Assembly (NCBI GenBank): GCA_963770935.1
Contig: CAVYRJ010000001.1
Location: 160,001 to 224,000, forward strand
Length of the DNA stretch: 64,000 nucleotides
Source of the DNA: Candidatus Bathyarchaeota archaeon
GTDB taxonomy: Archaea > Thermoproteota > Bathyarchaeia > Bathyarchaeales > Bathycorpusculaceae
Reading direction: 5' to 3'
This document shows, piece after piece, positions 50,287 to 59,806 of the stretch; within the stretch, counting starts at the first letter, position 1, and the number at the start of each line of letters is the position of its first letter. The notes under the pieces were generated by a model. The model ran no database searches and was not told the DNA's origin. It was given only the letters and a program-made list of their open reading frames with translations. Position numbers and translations under genes: made by a program.

Positions 50287-52881
50287 ATGCAAAATGTAAA
50301 AAAATTTTTGACTTCTTTGATTGCTTTAATACTGATGTTATCAATGACGATTCCGCTCGTTGAACTACCGGCTGCTACTGCACATGACCCTCCATGGGTT
50401 TATCCCACATGGTGTTATTGCGTTGTAGTAAATAATGTCATAGGCGTAGGACAAACCGAGAAGATAATTCTTTGGGTTAACAGTATCCCACCTACAGCTA
50501 ACGGTCAATACGGTGACAGATGGAAATTTACAATCGATATAATGAAACCAGATGGAACAAACGATACCATAGGACCTATCGAATCGGATCCAGTAGGAAG
50601 TGTATACACTATGTATGTACCTGCTGAACCAGGCAATTACTCAGTTGTAGTAAAGTTTCCTACAACTACATTAACTGGCCTGCCTAAGAAACCCGGTGTA
50701 CCCGATACTCAACAATCTGGTTACGCAAATATCAACGACACATATCTGGCAAGCAAAAGCGACCCCGTTTCTTTCTATGTACAGGAAGAACCCATAACAC
50801 TTTGGCCGGAAACCCCTCTTCCGACAGAGTATTGGGCACGTCCTATCAATACTGCAAACATATACTGGTACACGCTCGCAGGTAACTGGTTAGGAGGAGC
50901 AGCTCAAAACGTTGGACCAACAACCAATTTCGGTTACGGCAATGCGCCAGAAAGTCCACACGTAATGTGGACTACACCTGCATTTACAGGTGGTCTAATG
51001 GACGCCCGGTTCGGAGACTATACTTACGTAACATCCCACTATGAAGGTCTTGGTTTCTCGCCATACATACTAGACGGAAAGATTTTCTTCAACTCACCTA
51101 ACCCTCAGATGAGGGAAGGATGGTACTGCCTTGATTTATACACTGGCAATCAACTATATTTCCATAATAACACTGGTCCCGTTTCAGGCTCAGGCGGCGG
51201 ATTCGATGCACATGGAAGTATTAGTCAAGGATCGCTGGCGTTTGCACAAATATATGACCCCGAGTTAGCAAACCAAATGGGAGGCTACCCGTACCTATGG
51301 AGTACCACTGCACCAACCTCAAACACTTGGCTAATGTATGATGCTTATACTGGCAACTACATCTGCAGCATAGCTAATGTATCAGCGAGTGGCACCGCGG
51401 TTTATGCAAAAGATGGAAGTATTTTGCGCTATAACATTGCAGGCACAGGTGCCAATACACGTTTAACGGTGTGGAATACAACACAAGCAATCTGGTGGAA
51501 AGGAACACAACAAATGTACCAAAACGGCGATTACTCTGGCTTCTCAGGCAACAATTATGCAAGTTGGCGACCTTACCTCAACTACACTTTTGATGGGAGC
51601 CATGGATTTTCATTAAACGTAAGCATACCTGCTATACAAGGTTCAATTCGCGCGGTACGGGAAGATCAATTCGTAATCGGTGGAACAACAGGAAGTAACA
51701 ATGAAAACGGCATAACAAAGGGGCACTTATGGGCACTGAATTTGGATCCAACAAAAGGCGCAATGGGTTCATTACTTTGGAACGTATCTTTCACCCCGCC
51801 CTCTTCGGCTGGCAACAAAACCATAAGCATGGGAACCGTTGACCCAGAAGATAACGTGTTCCTGTTTGCGTGTACACAGACTAGAACAAGGTGGGGCTTC
51901 AGCCTAGAAACTGGAGAACAACTATGGGAAAGTGAGCCAGAAGAACAAATGAAGTACTACGGCATGGGCAACACCAACATTTACCAAGGCAAACTAATTT
52001 CAGGCACGTATCTCAATGGTGGAATATTGATTTGCTATGACATAAAAACTGGCGAAATCCTCTGGAAATACGAACCAGTCAACATAGGAACAGAGTCTCC
52101 TTTCGGAGATTATCCTGCACAGTTGGCATGCATTGCAGACGGCAAAATTTTCATCTATTCAAGTCCTCTTTGGCGCACTCAGCCGTTATGGCGTGGCTCA
52201 TATCTACGTTGCATCAACGCATCAAATGGTGCAGAGCTTTGGAAAGTTTTGCATTATGGGTCTGTCGTCATAGCCGATGGTTTACTTGTAGGCCTCAATT
52301 TTTATGACAACCGAATATACTGCTACGGCAAAGGTCCAAGCGCATTAACTGTCACAGCACCAGATGTTGGAATAGAACTAGGAAAATCATTGGTAATTCG
52401 CGGCACAGTTAAGGATGTTTCAGTGGGCACCAAGCAACATGAGCAGATCTCTCGATTCCCCAACGGCGTTCCAGCGGTTTCAGACGAAAGCCAACAACCA
52501 TGGATGGAGTACATATATGAACAGCAATCCCGACCCGCAAACGCGACAGGCGTTCCAGTAACGGTAGACGTTATAGATTCCAACGGAAACTACAGAAACA
52601 TAGGACAAACAAACAGCGATGCAAATGGAATGTTTACTCTAACATGGACGCCGGACATAGAAGGCTCATACACCGTCTATGCAACTTTCGCTGGCTCAAA
52701 ATCCTATTGGCCATCATCTGCCGAAACCAGTTTCTCAGTCGACACTGCACCACCAACGCCATCTCCTTACCCCGTAACTACATTGCCCCCAACTGAAACG
52801 TACATCTTAGGCATAGGAATTGCAATAATCTTAGCCATAGCCATAGCTACCCTAGTAATTATCAGAAGTGTAAAAAAGTAG
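50287..52881 (+). CDS. Secreted, C-terminally anchored PQQ-like beta-propeller protein (intact paralog)
   Basis: Signal peptide from MQNVKK, PLPTEYWARPIN, APESPHVMWT, ADGKIF, PAVSDESQQPWMEY, Pro/Thr linker, TM + KK. Confidence 0.92.
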   Translation: MQNVKKFLTSLIALILMLSMTIPLVELPAATAHDPPWVYPTWCYCVVVNNVIGVGQTEKIILWVNSIPPTANGQYGDRWKFTIDIMKPDGTNDTIGPIESDPVGSVYTMYVPAEPGNYSVVVKFPTTTLTGLPKKPGVPDTQQSGYANINDTYLASKSDPVSFYVQEEPITLWPETPLPTEYWARPINTANIYWYTLAGNWLGGAAQNVGPTTNFGYGNAPESPHVMWTTPAFTGGLMDARFGDYTYVTSHYEGLGFSPYILDGKIFFNSPNPQMREGWYCLDLYTGNQLYFHNNTGPVSGSGGGFDAHGSISQGSLAFAQIYDPELANQMGGYPYLWSTTAPTSNTWLMYDAYTGNYICSIANVSASGTAVYAKDGSILRYNIAGTGANTRLTVWNTTQAIWWKGTQQMYQNGDYSGFSGNNYASWRPYLNYTFDGSHGFSLNVSIPAIQGSIRAVREDQFVIGGTTGSNNENGITKGHLWALNLDPTKGAMGSLLWNVSFTPPSSAGNKTISMGTVDPEDNVFLFACTQTRTRWGFSLETGEQLWESEPEEQMKYYGMGNTNIYQGKLISGTYLNGGILICYDIKTGEILWKYEPVNIGTESPFGDYPAQLACIADGKIFIYSSPLWRTQPLWRGSYLRCINASNGAELWKVLHYGSVVIADGLLVGLNFYDNRIYCYGKGPSALTVTAPDVGIELGKSLVIRGTVKDVSVGTKQHEQISRFPNGVPAVSDESQQPWMEYIYEQQSRPANATGVPVTVDVIDSNGNYRNIGQTNSDANGMFTLTWTPDIEGSYTVYATFAGSKSYWPSSAETSFSVDTAPPTPSPYPVTTLPPTETYILGIGIAIILAIAIATLVIIRSVKK

Positions 52882-53212
52882 TAGCCAAAAAACTACAATC
52901 AACATTCCCTTTTTTTAAGGTCCCACAATCAACAGATGAGCACTAAGCGGTTTTGGGGGTTCAATTCTTTGCTAAAAGAAGTGGTTTTTTCATCCGCATT
53001 CTAGTTTTTGATTGCTACTGTATAGTTAAATGGCAAATCGCCGTAAATCTTTTTAATTCACGCTATGTTACCTGATAATATTCATTTCACCGAAAAATCA
53101 AATGGTTAATAAAACAGCTTCTCTTTTTTAAATCCAGAATCAAGAATTATAAGAGACCCTTTTAAAAGCATCCGAAAACTCAATTAAAAAAGTAGTCTTA
53201 AAACACTCTAAA

Positions 53213-53491
53213 TTAGTCTTTTATGGCTTCGATGAAGCTCATTACGTTCCATAGTTTAACCCTTGTGTAGGGCGGCATGTTTGGGTCTTGCAAAATCTCA
53301 TCTAGCATTGACACGGCGTTTGAAGCTCTAACTGCAGGAGTATATTCGGCGCTTTGCAGGGCGCTCATTGCGTCTTTTGCGGAACGGCGAATGTTTCGTG
53401 GAGTCGTACTATCTTCTGAGACCTCGCCAAGAACAACTAATGCTTGCTTAATCTTTGCTTCATACTCTTCAGTTTTTTTCTTGCGCACCAT
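53213..53491 (-). CDS. UPF0147 family protein
   Basis: DSTTPRNIRRSA...LDEILQDPNMPPYTRVKLW. Confidence 0.92.
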   Translation of the reverse strand: MVRKKKTEEYEAKIKQALVVLGEVSEDSTTPRNIRRSAKDAMSALQSAEYTPAVRASNAVSMLDEILQDPNMPPYTRVKLWNVMSFIEAIKD

Positions 53492-53556
53492 AAATAGTTC
53501 CCCTTTAATGCACCTTGGCAGTGACCAAGTTATATAAGCATTGAGACGTATTTACT

Positions 53557-53934
53557 TTGGGGTTCTACATGCAACCAAGACCAGATAACACACTTGTTAA
53601 GCGAGGGGCAAACCTGCTGCTGCAAGGCGCCGCTTTAACTGACCTCGCATGTCCAGTCTGCTCATCCCCGCTGTTTAGGCTAAAAGATGGCACCCTCTGG
53701 TGCGCGAAGGATGAAAAGAAAGTAATTGTCGTTAGAGAAGGGCAAGAACCACCCAAACAAACCACGACACCAAACACAGCCTACGACAAACTAGAAGCAA
53801 CGTTGATGGCGAAGATACAGGACATTCAAGGAAAGATTGAAAAAACCCAAGACATGGATGAATTACAAAAACTCACCCAATCGCTCGACCAATTGCTAAA
53901 TAGCGTTGAAAAGATTAAAAAAATGAAAGCTTGA
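53557..53934 (+). CDS. UPF0148 / Sjogren's autoantigen p27-like zinc-ribbon protein
   Basis: ANLLLQGAALTDLACPVCSSPLFRLKDGTLWC. Confidence 0.85.
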   Translation: MGFYMQPRPDNTLVKRGANLLLQGAALTDLACPVCSSPLFRLKDGTLWCAKDEKKVIVVREGQEPPKQTTTPNTAYDKLEATLMAKIQDIQGKIEKTQDMDELQKLTQSLDQLLNSVEKIKKMKA

Positions 53935-53946
53935 GCACGAGCAAAT

Positions 53947-54462
53947 TTGACTTTGGGTTTTTACGAAAATTTCCCCACAACTGTTCACAGGATCGACAGT
54001 TTCAATTCTACAATTTCAAGCAAGCAACTTCAGCTGAAGTTGATTCAAGTTTTTTTTGAGTCAAACCGAAAGGAATTCAGTTTTGAAGAAGTCACTAACC
54101 CAACCGTTCCGCATGGTAAGGTGATTTTTGAGTTTGGACTGGCCGAATCTGAATGCTTCAACTATATCGATGAAGAGGAACTCAAAAAAACACTAAAGTT
54201 TCTAGCAAAAGAACGGTTGCAGTCGATGGATTTTTTCTGTTCAATACGCTATTACAAGGGTATTGGTGAAAAGAAAACGTCGTTAAAGTTCGACTATTAT
54301 GTGTTAAGAACCATCTTTAGCAGGGATAATTTTGAAGTTCATGTGTTTCATGAACGTGGACCCAGATACATTTCGCCAGAAGAGGTAACCGAGTTTATTT
54401 TTAACGAAATCAATGAATCATCGAATAAACGTAAAAAAATTCTCAAGAAAACAGACATTTAA
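53947..54462 (+). CDS. Conserved hypothetical protein
   Basis: 171-aa ORF in an operon with UPF0148. Confidence 0.75.
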   Translation: MTLGFYENFPTTVHRIDSFNSTISSKQLQLKLIQVFFESNRKEFSFEEVTNPTVPHGKVIFEFGLAESECFNYIDEEELKKTLKFLAKERLQSMDFFCSIRYYKGIGEKKTSLKFDYYVLRTIFSRDNFEVHVFHERGPRYISPEEVTEFIFNEINESSNKRKKILKKTDI

Positions 54463-54571
54463 CATCCGTACAATTGAAAAGTTTTTACCGAATTTCAGCC
54501 GAAAATTATATTTCAATCAGCATATAGTTAAAAAAAGCAGTATTTGCAAGAGCAAAATAGGAGCAAATCAA

Positions 54572-55528
54572 ATGCCATCGATTGAAGTTACATCCCTAAA
54601 AAAACACTACGGAGAACTAAAAGCCGTCGACGATATCTCCTTCACAGTTAAAGAAGGTGAAGTCTTCGGTCTACTCGGTCCAAACGGCGCAGGTAAAACC
54701 ACCACTATTGAAATCATGGAAGGTCTGCGTGAGAGAGATGGAGGCGACGTGAAAGTTTTGGGTCTTGACCCGTGGAAAAACGGATACGATCTCCATAAGA
54801 AAATTGGGGTAATCCCCCAGGAATTCACGTTCTTTGAAAAAACAACTCCGCGAGAAGCCATCATATATTACTCTGACCTCTTCAACATAAAAGTCGACCC
54901 AGACGAGATTCTAAGAGAAGTTCTGCTAGAAGAATCTGCCAAAGTCAATTTCGACAGTCTTTCAGGCGGGCAGAAGCAGAAGACAGGCCTTGCCCTTTCA
55001 CTGGTTAACTCGCCAGAATTACTCTTCTTAGACGAACCAACAACTGGTTTGGATCCTAACGCAAGGCGGGCAATTTGGGAAGTTATTCGTGGATTAAAAT
55101 TCAAAGGAAAAACTATCATCTTAACAACCCATTACCTAGACGAGGCACAGCAACTCGCTGACAGAGTTGCTATTATGGATCATGGAAAAATCGTTGCCAT
55201 GGGAACCACTGAAGAAATAATTCAACAACATGGCTCAGGTGAAAAGTTGGAGATTCATGGAAGCGAAAAACTCGCCGAATACATCAAAGCCAACACTGAA
55301 TTGAAAGTTGACTACGATAAAGTCAAAGGCGAAATTATTATACCATTGAAAAAGAAAATCGATGCCCTCGCAGCGCTTGCTGCGGCTGAGCAGTCAGGAA
55401 TGGATTGGGGCGAGATTCAGACACGCCAAGATAGTTTGGATGACGTGTTTGTTAAACTCGTCAACGAACCATTTACCATGCAAGCAGAAGTCTCAGAGGG
55501 AAAAACCGATAAAAAGCGGAGGCGCTAA
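54572..55528 (+). CDS. ABC-2 type exporter ATP-binding subunit
   Basis: GPNGAGKTT, LSGGQKQ, LFLDEPTTGLDP, LTTHY; start MPSIEV at 54572. Confidence 0.95.
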   Translation: MPSIEVTSLKKHYGELKAVDDISFTVKEGEVFGLLGPNGAGKTTTIEIMEGLRERDGGDVKVLGLDPWKNGYDLHKKIGVIPQEFTFFEKTTPREAIIYYSDLFNIKVDPDEILREVLLEESAKVNFDSLSGGQKQKTGLALSLVNSPELLFLDEPTTGLDPNARRAIWEVIRGLKFKGKTIILTTHYLDEAQQLADRVAIMDHGKIVAMGTTEEIIQQHGSGEKLEIHGSEKLAEYIKANTELKVDYDKVKGEIIIPLKKKIDALAALAAAEQSGMDWGEIQTRQDSLDDVFVKLVNEPFTMQAEVSEGKTDKKRRR

Positions 55529-55530
55529 GT

Positions 55531-56643
55531 TTGGTGAGTGTTAAACGTATCTACTCAGACTTCAAAGTTTTCAGCCGCGGATACCTCAGAAACAAGTTCG
55601 GATTATTCTTCGGCTTAATTTTCCCAGTAATCTTGATCCTGATTTTTGGCGCAATCTTCTCAGGAGGAAACACCGGAAAAGTAAACGTCTACGCTCAAAA
55701 CCTAGACTCAGGACCGTTCCCCACAGGACAAAACCTCGGTGCAGGCTTCCTTGAAGCATTAAACGAATCCAGCACAATTACAGTAATAACGGTGGATTCT
55801 TCAGAGGACTTTCCAAAGTATCTGGCAGATCATTCTGCGTCAGAGGGTATATTGATTCCTCAAAACTTCACCTTAGACTATGCCATGAGTCAGCAAGTTA
55901 ACGTAACTGTTTATGGTAACCCTACCTCAAGCACAAGTGGAATAGTAAGTGGCACCGTTAGTGGATATGCCAATTACTTTAACCTACAACGCTTCAATGG
56001 TACGATGGTTATTGGAATATCTTCTGCAACTGTGAATGCTCAACAATCAAAGTACATTGACTTCTTGATTCCAGGCTTAATCGGCTTCTCAATACTTACC
56101 AGCCCAATGTTCTCGCTAGTCAACATTTCCTCAGAATACAAGAAGACAAAGCTGTTCAAACAACTTTCACTTACACCGCTGACAAAGATGGAGTGGCTAA
56201 TGTCTAAAATGATTTGGTACATTGTCTTGACTTTCGCTGGCTTTTTACTAATGGTTGGTGTGGGGATCTTCGCTTTCGGTGCACATGTTATGTTAACGCC
56301 TTGGCTAATACCCTTCCTAGTTTTGGGTCCGATGCTGTTTGCAGCCCTCGGTATGCTGGTTGGCACAGTAACAAAGAACCCTGAAACCGCAGGCGTCATA
56401 GGCAACATCGTGACGTTCCCCATGATGTTCCTCGCAGGCACCTTCTTCCCCATCAGCAGCATGCCAACCTACCTGCAAACCTTCGCTCATGTACTACCAT
56501 TATTCTACGTTATAGAAGGTTTAAACAACGCCATGGTCTACGGAAACATAGACGGCGCAATAATCGACATTGCTGTCCTCGGGATAATAACAGTGGTTAT
56601 CTTTGCCTTGGCAGTAAAATTATTCAAGTGGAGAGAAGACTAA
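55531..56643 (+). CDS. ABC-2 type exporter permease
   Basis: YIDFLIPGLIG, PMMFLAGTFFPI; about 6 TM plus an extracellular loop. Confidence 0.93.
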   Translation: MVSVKRIYSDFKVFSRGYLRNKFGLFFGLIFPVILILIFGAIFSGGNTGKVNVYAQNLDSGPFPTGQNLGAGFLEALNESSTITVITVDSSEDFPKYLADHSASEGILIPQNFTLDYAMSQQVNVTVYGNPTSSTSGIVSGTVSGYANYFNLQRFNGTMVIGISSATVNAQQSKYIDFLIPGLIGFSILTSPMFSLVNISSEYKKTKLFKQLSLTPLTKMEWLMSKMIWYIVLTFAGFLLMVGVGIFAFGAHVMLTPWLIPFLVLGPMLFAALGMLVGTVTKNPETAGVIGNIVTFPMMFLAGTFFPISSMPTYLQTFAHVLPLFYVIEGLNNAMVYGNIDGAIIDIAVLGIITVVIFALAVKLFKWRED

Positions 56644-56834
56644 ACTTTGTTTTCTTCTTATTTTTTCTTCAGTAATGTTACCTAAGAACTTCATTTTGTA
56701 CACAAGAGCCTTATTTTGCCTTTTACAGATGTGCTATGACTTTCTATGATGCAACCTGCAACCATAGCAAACTCAGAATTAAAAAAAGAACCGAAAATAG
56801 GTTAATAATTTTCTGAAAAAGCACTTGTTTTCAA

Positions 56835-57443
56835 TCAGTTAACTACTTTGCAAGTTTTAAGCAAACCCAAAACAACAGCATACAGCTCATCACCTACTGC
56901 TTTTTTGGGCTTGTCACCGTCGACCCTAATCAATTCGCCCTTTTCAACAAACTTGAGGTAGACTTCGCGGACTTTCCTTTGTGTTTCCAGAGTTTCCATC
57001 ACAGATTTTTTCCTTTGCAAACGCTCCAGAACGCGTTCAGGATCCACATCTATGAATATGCTAAAATCTGGCTGCAACGCGCGGGCATTGATTGTTTCTA
57101 TCCAATCTAAACTAAGTCTAGCGCTACCCTGATAGGCAAGTGAAGAGTAGATATAGCGGTCGCAAATGACCAGTTTTCCTTCATCCAACGCTGGTTTTAC
57201 CTCTTTTTGCATATGTTCGATGCGGTCTGCGGCGAAGAGGAGAGCTTCGGCTTCAGTTGGGAGTCGTTTTTCTTCGTAGAGGCATCCTTGGCGGATAAAC
57301 GTGCCGATTTTACCTCGGCTTGGCTCAGCTGTAAGCAAAACGTTGTATTTTTGGGAGAGCTTTTTTGCTAAAAGGCCCGCTTGGGTGGTTTTTCCACTTC
57401 CATCTAAACCTTCGATAACTATAAAGATGCCTTTTTTACCCAT
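56835..57443 (-). CDS. tmk: Thymidylate kinase
   Basis: IEGLDGSGKTTQ, LLFAADR, ICDRYIYSSLAYQG. Confidence 0.97.
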   Translation of the reverse strand: MGKKGIFIVIEGLDGSGKTTQAGLLAKKLSQKYNVLLTAEPSRGKIGTFIRQGCLYEEKRLPTEAEALLFAADRIEHMQKEVKPALDEGKLVICDRYIYSSLAYQGSARLSLDWIETINARALQPDFSIFIDVDPERVLERLQRKKSVMETLETQRKVREVYLKFVEKGELIRVDGDKPKKAVGDELYAVVLGLLKTCKVVN

Positions 57444-57521
57444 ACGTATCAGCTCTGCGATTTAGCGTTACACATTAATGGAAGTTACCTAAATATAGCT
57501 TACAACTGTGAGGTTGCGCTT

Positions 57522-58802
57522 GTGCCTAAGGCTTACTGGGGAGAAATCAAGGATCCTGTACACGGGTACGTGTACATTACGGAACCAGAAAAAAACGTAA
57601 TCGACTCCTATCCCATGCAGCGGCTGCGCAGATTGCGGCAGTTGGCAGGTTCAGAATACGTTTACCCAGGCGCCAACCATACCCGCTTTGAACATTGTCT
57701 AGGCGTTATGTACCTTGCAGGAAAAGTCTTGGAGAACCCAAACATTTCTCGGGGCGTAAGCGACGAGGAAGTGGATGTCACCCGAATATCCGCGTTGCTT
57801 CATGACGCTGGGCACGGTCCATTCTCTCATGTCTTTGAGCATTTACTAATCAACGACCTTGAGAAAACGCACGAGGACATCACCTCTTGGATTATCGAGA
57901 AAAGCGAAGTCGGCGATAAACTATCCAAGATGGGCTTCAACCCAAAAGAAGTTGGGGCGCTTGCAGTTGGGAAGCTTCACAAGAAAGACCACGCTTTCCT
58001 TGACCAAATCATAAGCAGCGCTGTAGACGTTGACAAACAAGACTTCATCGTCCGAGACACATACCACACAGGCGCAGAGTACGGTTTTATCGACATCTTC
58101 CGTCTTATTCATGCACTCGACGTTTTAGGAGAAAACTTGGCAGTTGAACTTGGCGCACTATCGGCGTTAGAGGCGTTCATGATTGCCCGAATTGAATCGT
58201 TCAAAAGCATCTATTTCCACCGCGTCGGTAGAGCTGCTCAGATTATGTTAGCGACCGCTATGGAAAAAGCAAACAGCGAGTTGGGGTTAACCGCATTTAA
58301 AACGCCTGAAGAGTATTTGGCGCTGGATGATTATACGGTTTGGTCGGCGCTCAAAAAATGTCAAGCCTCAAAAGGCATAATCGCTGATTTGGAGCATCGA
58401 CGCATGCTTAAATGCGCTTACGAGCGGACCTTCTACGAGAAAGATACGATGATTTCAAACTTGTTTGGCAGAGAATCCTACCGTAGCCAGGTGCAGAATG
58501 AGATTGCCAGGGAAGCTGGAGTTAGCTTAGAATCTGTAATTATCGACGTACCTACAGTGCCGTCTGTCCCTTACCATCACGCCGTACTCATGGAGTCTAT
58601 GGAAATTCCAGCCTTCACCCGAAACCCAGCAGGGAACAAAATACCACAGCGGCTAAGCGAGATTTCACGGATATTTGAAACACTTAAAGGCTTCATGAAC
58701 ATCCTTCGCGTATACACTGACGAAGCCGACCGTGCCAAAGTGGAAAGGGCAACCGCTAAGATTTTGGGCAAAATTCCTTCAGCCGCAAAGATCTCTTTCT
58801 AA
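57522..58802 (+). CDS. HD-domain phosphohydrolase (SAMHD1/dNTPase-like)
   Basis: DPVHG, QRLRRLRQL, HTRFEHCLG, LLHDAGHGPFSH, DVDKQDFIVRD, IYFH. Confidence 0.92.
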   Translation: MPKAYWGEIKDPVHGYVYITEPEKNVIDSYPMQRLRRLRQLAGSEYVYPGANHTRFEHCLGVMYLAGKVLENPNISRGVSDEEVDVTRISALLHDAGHGPFSHVFEHLLINDLEKTHEDITSWIIEKSEVGDKLSKMGFNPKEVGALAVGKLHKKDHAFLDQIISSAVDVDKQDFIVRDTYHTGAEYGFIDIFRLIHALDVLGENLAVELGALSALEAFMIARIESFKSIYFHRVGRAAQIMLATAMEKANSELGLTAFKTPEEYLALDDYTVWSALKKCQASKGIIADLEHRRMLKCAYERTFYEKDTMISNLFGRESYRSQVQNEIAREAGVSLESVIIDVPTVPSVPYHHAVLMESMEIPAFTRNPAGNKIPQRLSEISRIFETLKGFMNILRVYTDEADRAKVERATAKILGKIPSAAKISF

Positions 58803-58885
58803 TGGAGAAACACTTTTTCTTAAATACTAGGTTATGCTTAACAAAATGATCATAGAAACGCTAGACCGCGTATGAAGGGAACCAC

Positions 58886-59401
58886 ATGTCAAATAATGCT
58901 GAGGATAAGAAAATTATCAGTGTTAGAATTAAAAGAAAACCTGATCCAAAACCAGAGCCTTCTTTGCTTTACTCGGAAAAAGACATTCGCCGCTTCGTTT
59001 CGGAGTTTGTTTCTTCATGGATAAGAGGAGACATAATCATTCGTTTCCCAACAGCCGCTGAGCTGGCTAAGAAGACGCCGCTTAGTATAGCGTTCCCGAC
59101 TGACCCCTCCGTTAACGCTGAACTAAAAATAAAAGAGCATTATGTTGACCTCCTATCTGTAATCGCTGGCACAAAACCCTCATCCGCTGAGGAACAGAAG
59201 AAGGCAATTGATGAAGTGTTCAAGATGCTGCTCATGTTCCGCTCAGCGAATCGCATTGAAGGAAAAATCATCTCAAACGATCTAGAAAAAAGGATTCAAG
59301 AACTGGAAAAAAATGCAATAAACCAAGCCAAACTTGTAGAGCAAATAACTGGCTTTTTGTTTACCCCAAAAAAACCTAAACCCATTAAGCCTGTTAGCTA
59401 A
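58886..59401 (+). CDS. Hypothetical protein
   Basis: 171-aa ORF with a C-terminal coiled-coil-like segment. Confidence 0.6.
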   Translation: MSNNAEDKKIISVRIKRKPDPKPEPSLLYSEKDIRRFVSEFVSSWIRGDIIIRFPTAAELAKKTPLSIAFPTDPSVNAELKIKEHYVDLLSVIAGTKPSSAEEQKKAIDEVFKMLLMFRSANRIEGKIISNDLEKRIQELEKNAINQAKLVEQITGFLFTPKKPKPIKPVS

Positions 59402-59471
59402 TATAGGGTTCCGGAAGGGTAAGGTTTATTCGAAGGAAACTGTATTTTGCTTGATGCTTCTAGCAAAAAGC

Positions 59472-59549
59472 GCTCCGGTAGTATAGTCCGGTCAAGTATA
59501 CTGGCCTTTCGAGTCGGCGACCCGGGTCCAAATCCCGGCCGGAGCACCA
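59472..59549 (+). tRNA. tRNA-Glu(TTC), intronless, CCA encoded
   Basis: GCTCCGG...CTGGC-CT-TTC-GA-GTCGG...CCGGG-TCCAAAT-CCCGG-CCGGAGC-A-CCA. Confidence 0.93.
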
Positions 59550-59806
59550 ACCATCCCTTTAAAACCATTCTTTGCAGGCACCTTATTCAGTTATTGAATG
59601 AGTACCAACTGAGGTTCTTGTAGAGTCAAAGCTACTCATGTCAATCTTATGCTCCTTAATAGAGCGAATTTACTAGGGGAAGATAAAAGACTCTGGTGTA
59701 AGCCAGGATGCCAGCTTGAGTGCTTCTGGGAGGTTATTTTAACATCCATTTCACGGCAAAACCAAGGAGTGTCTCTCCAACAAACAGTAAATAAAGCCCT
59801 AAACCA

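Noticed and set aside
25200-52881. Diversity-generating retroelement acting on the beta-propeller paralogs
   Set aside because: No reverse transcriptase and no near-identical TR/VR pair with adenine-specific mismatches were seen.
59550-59806. Possible ncRNA or second integration scar after tRNA-Glu
   Set aside because: No convincing stem-loop set, no tRNA-end duplication and no integrase nearby.
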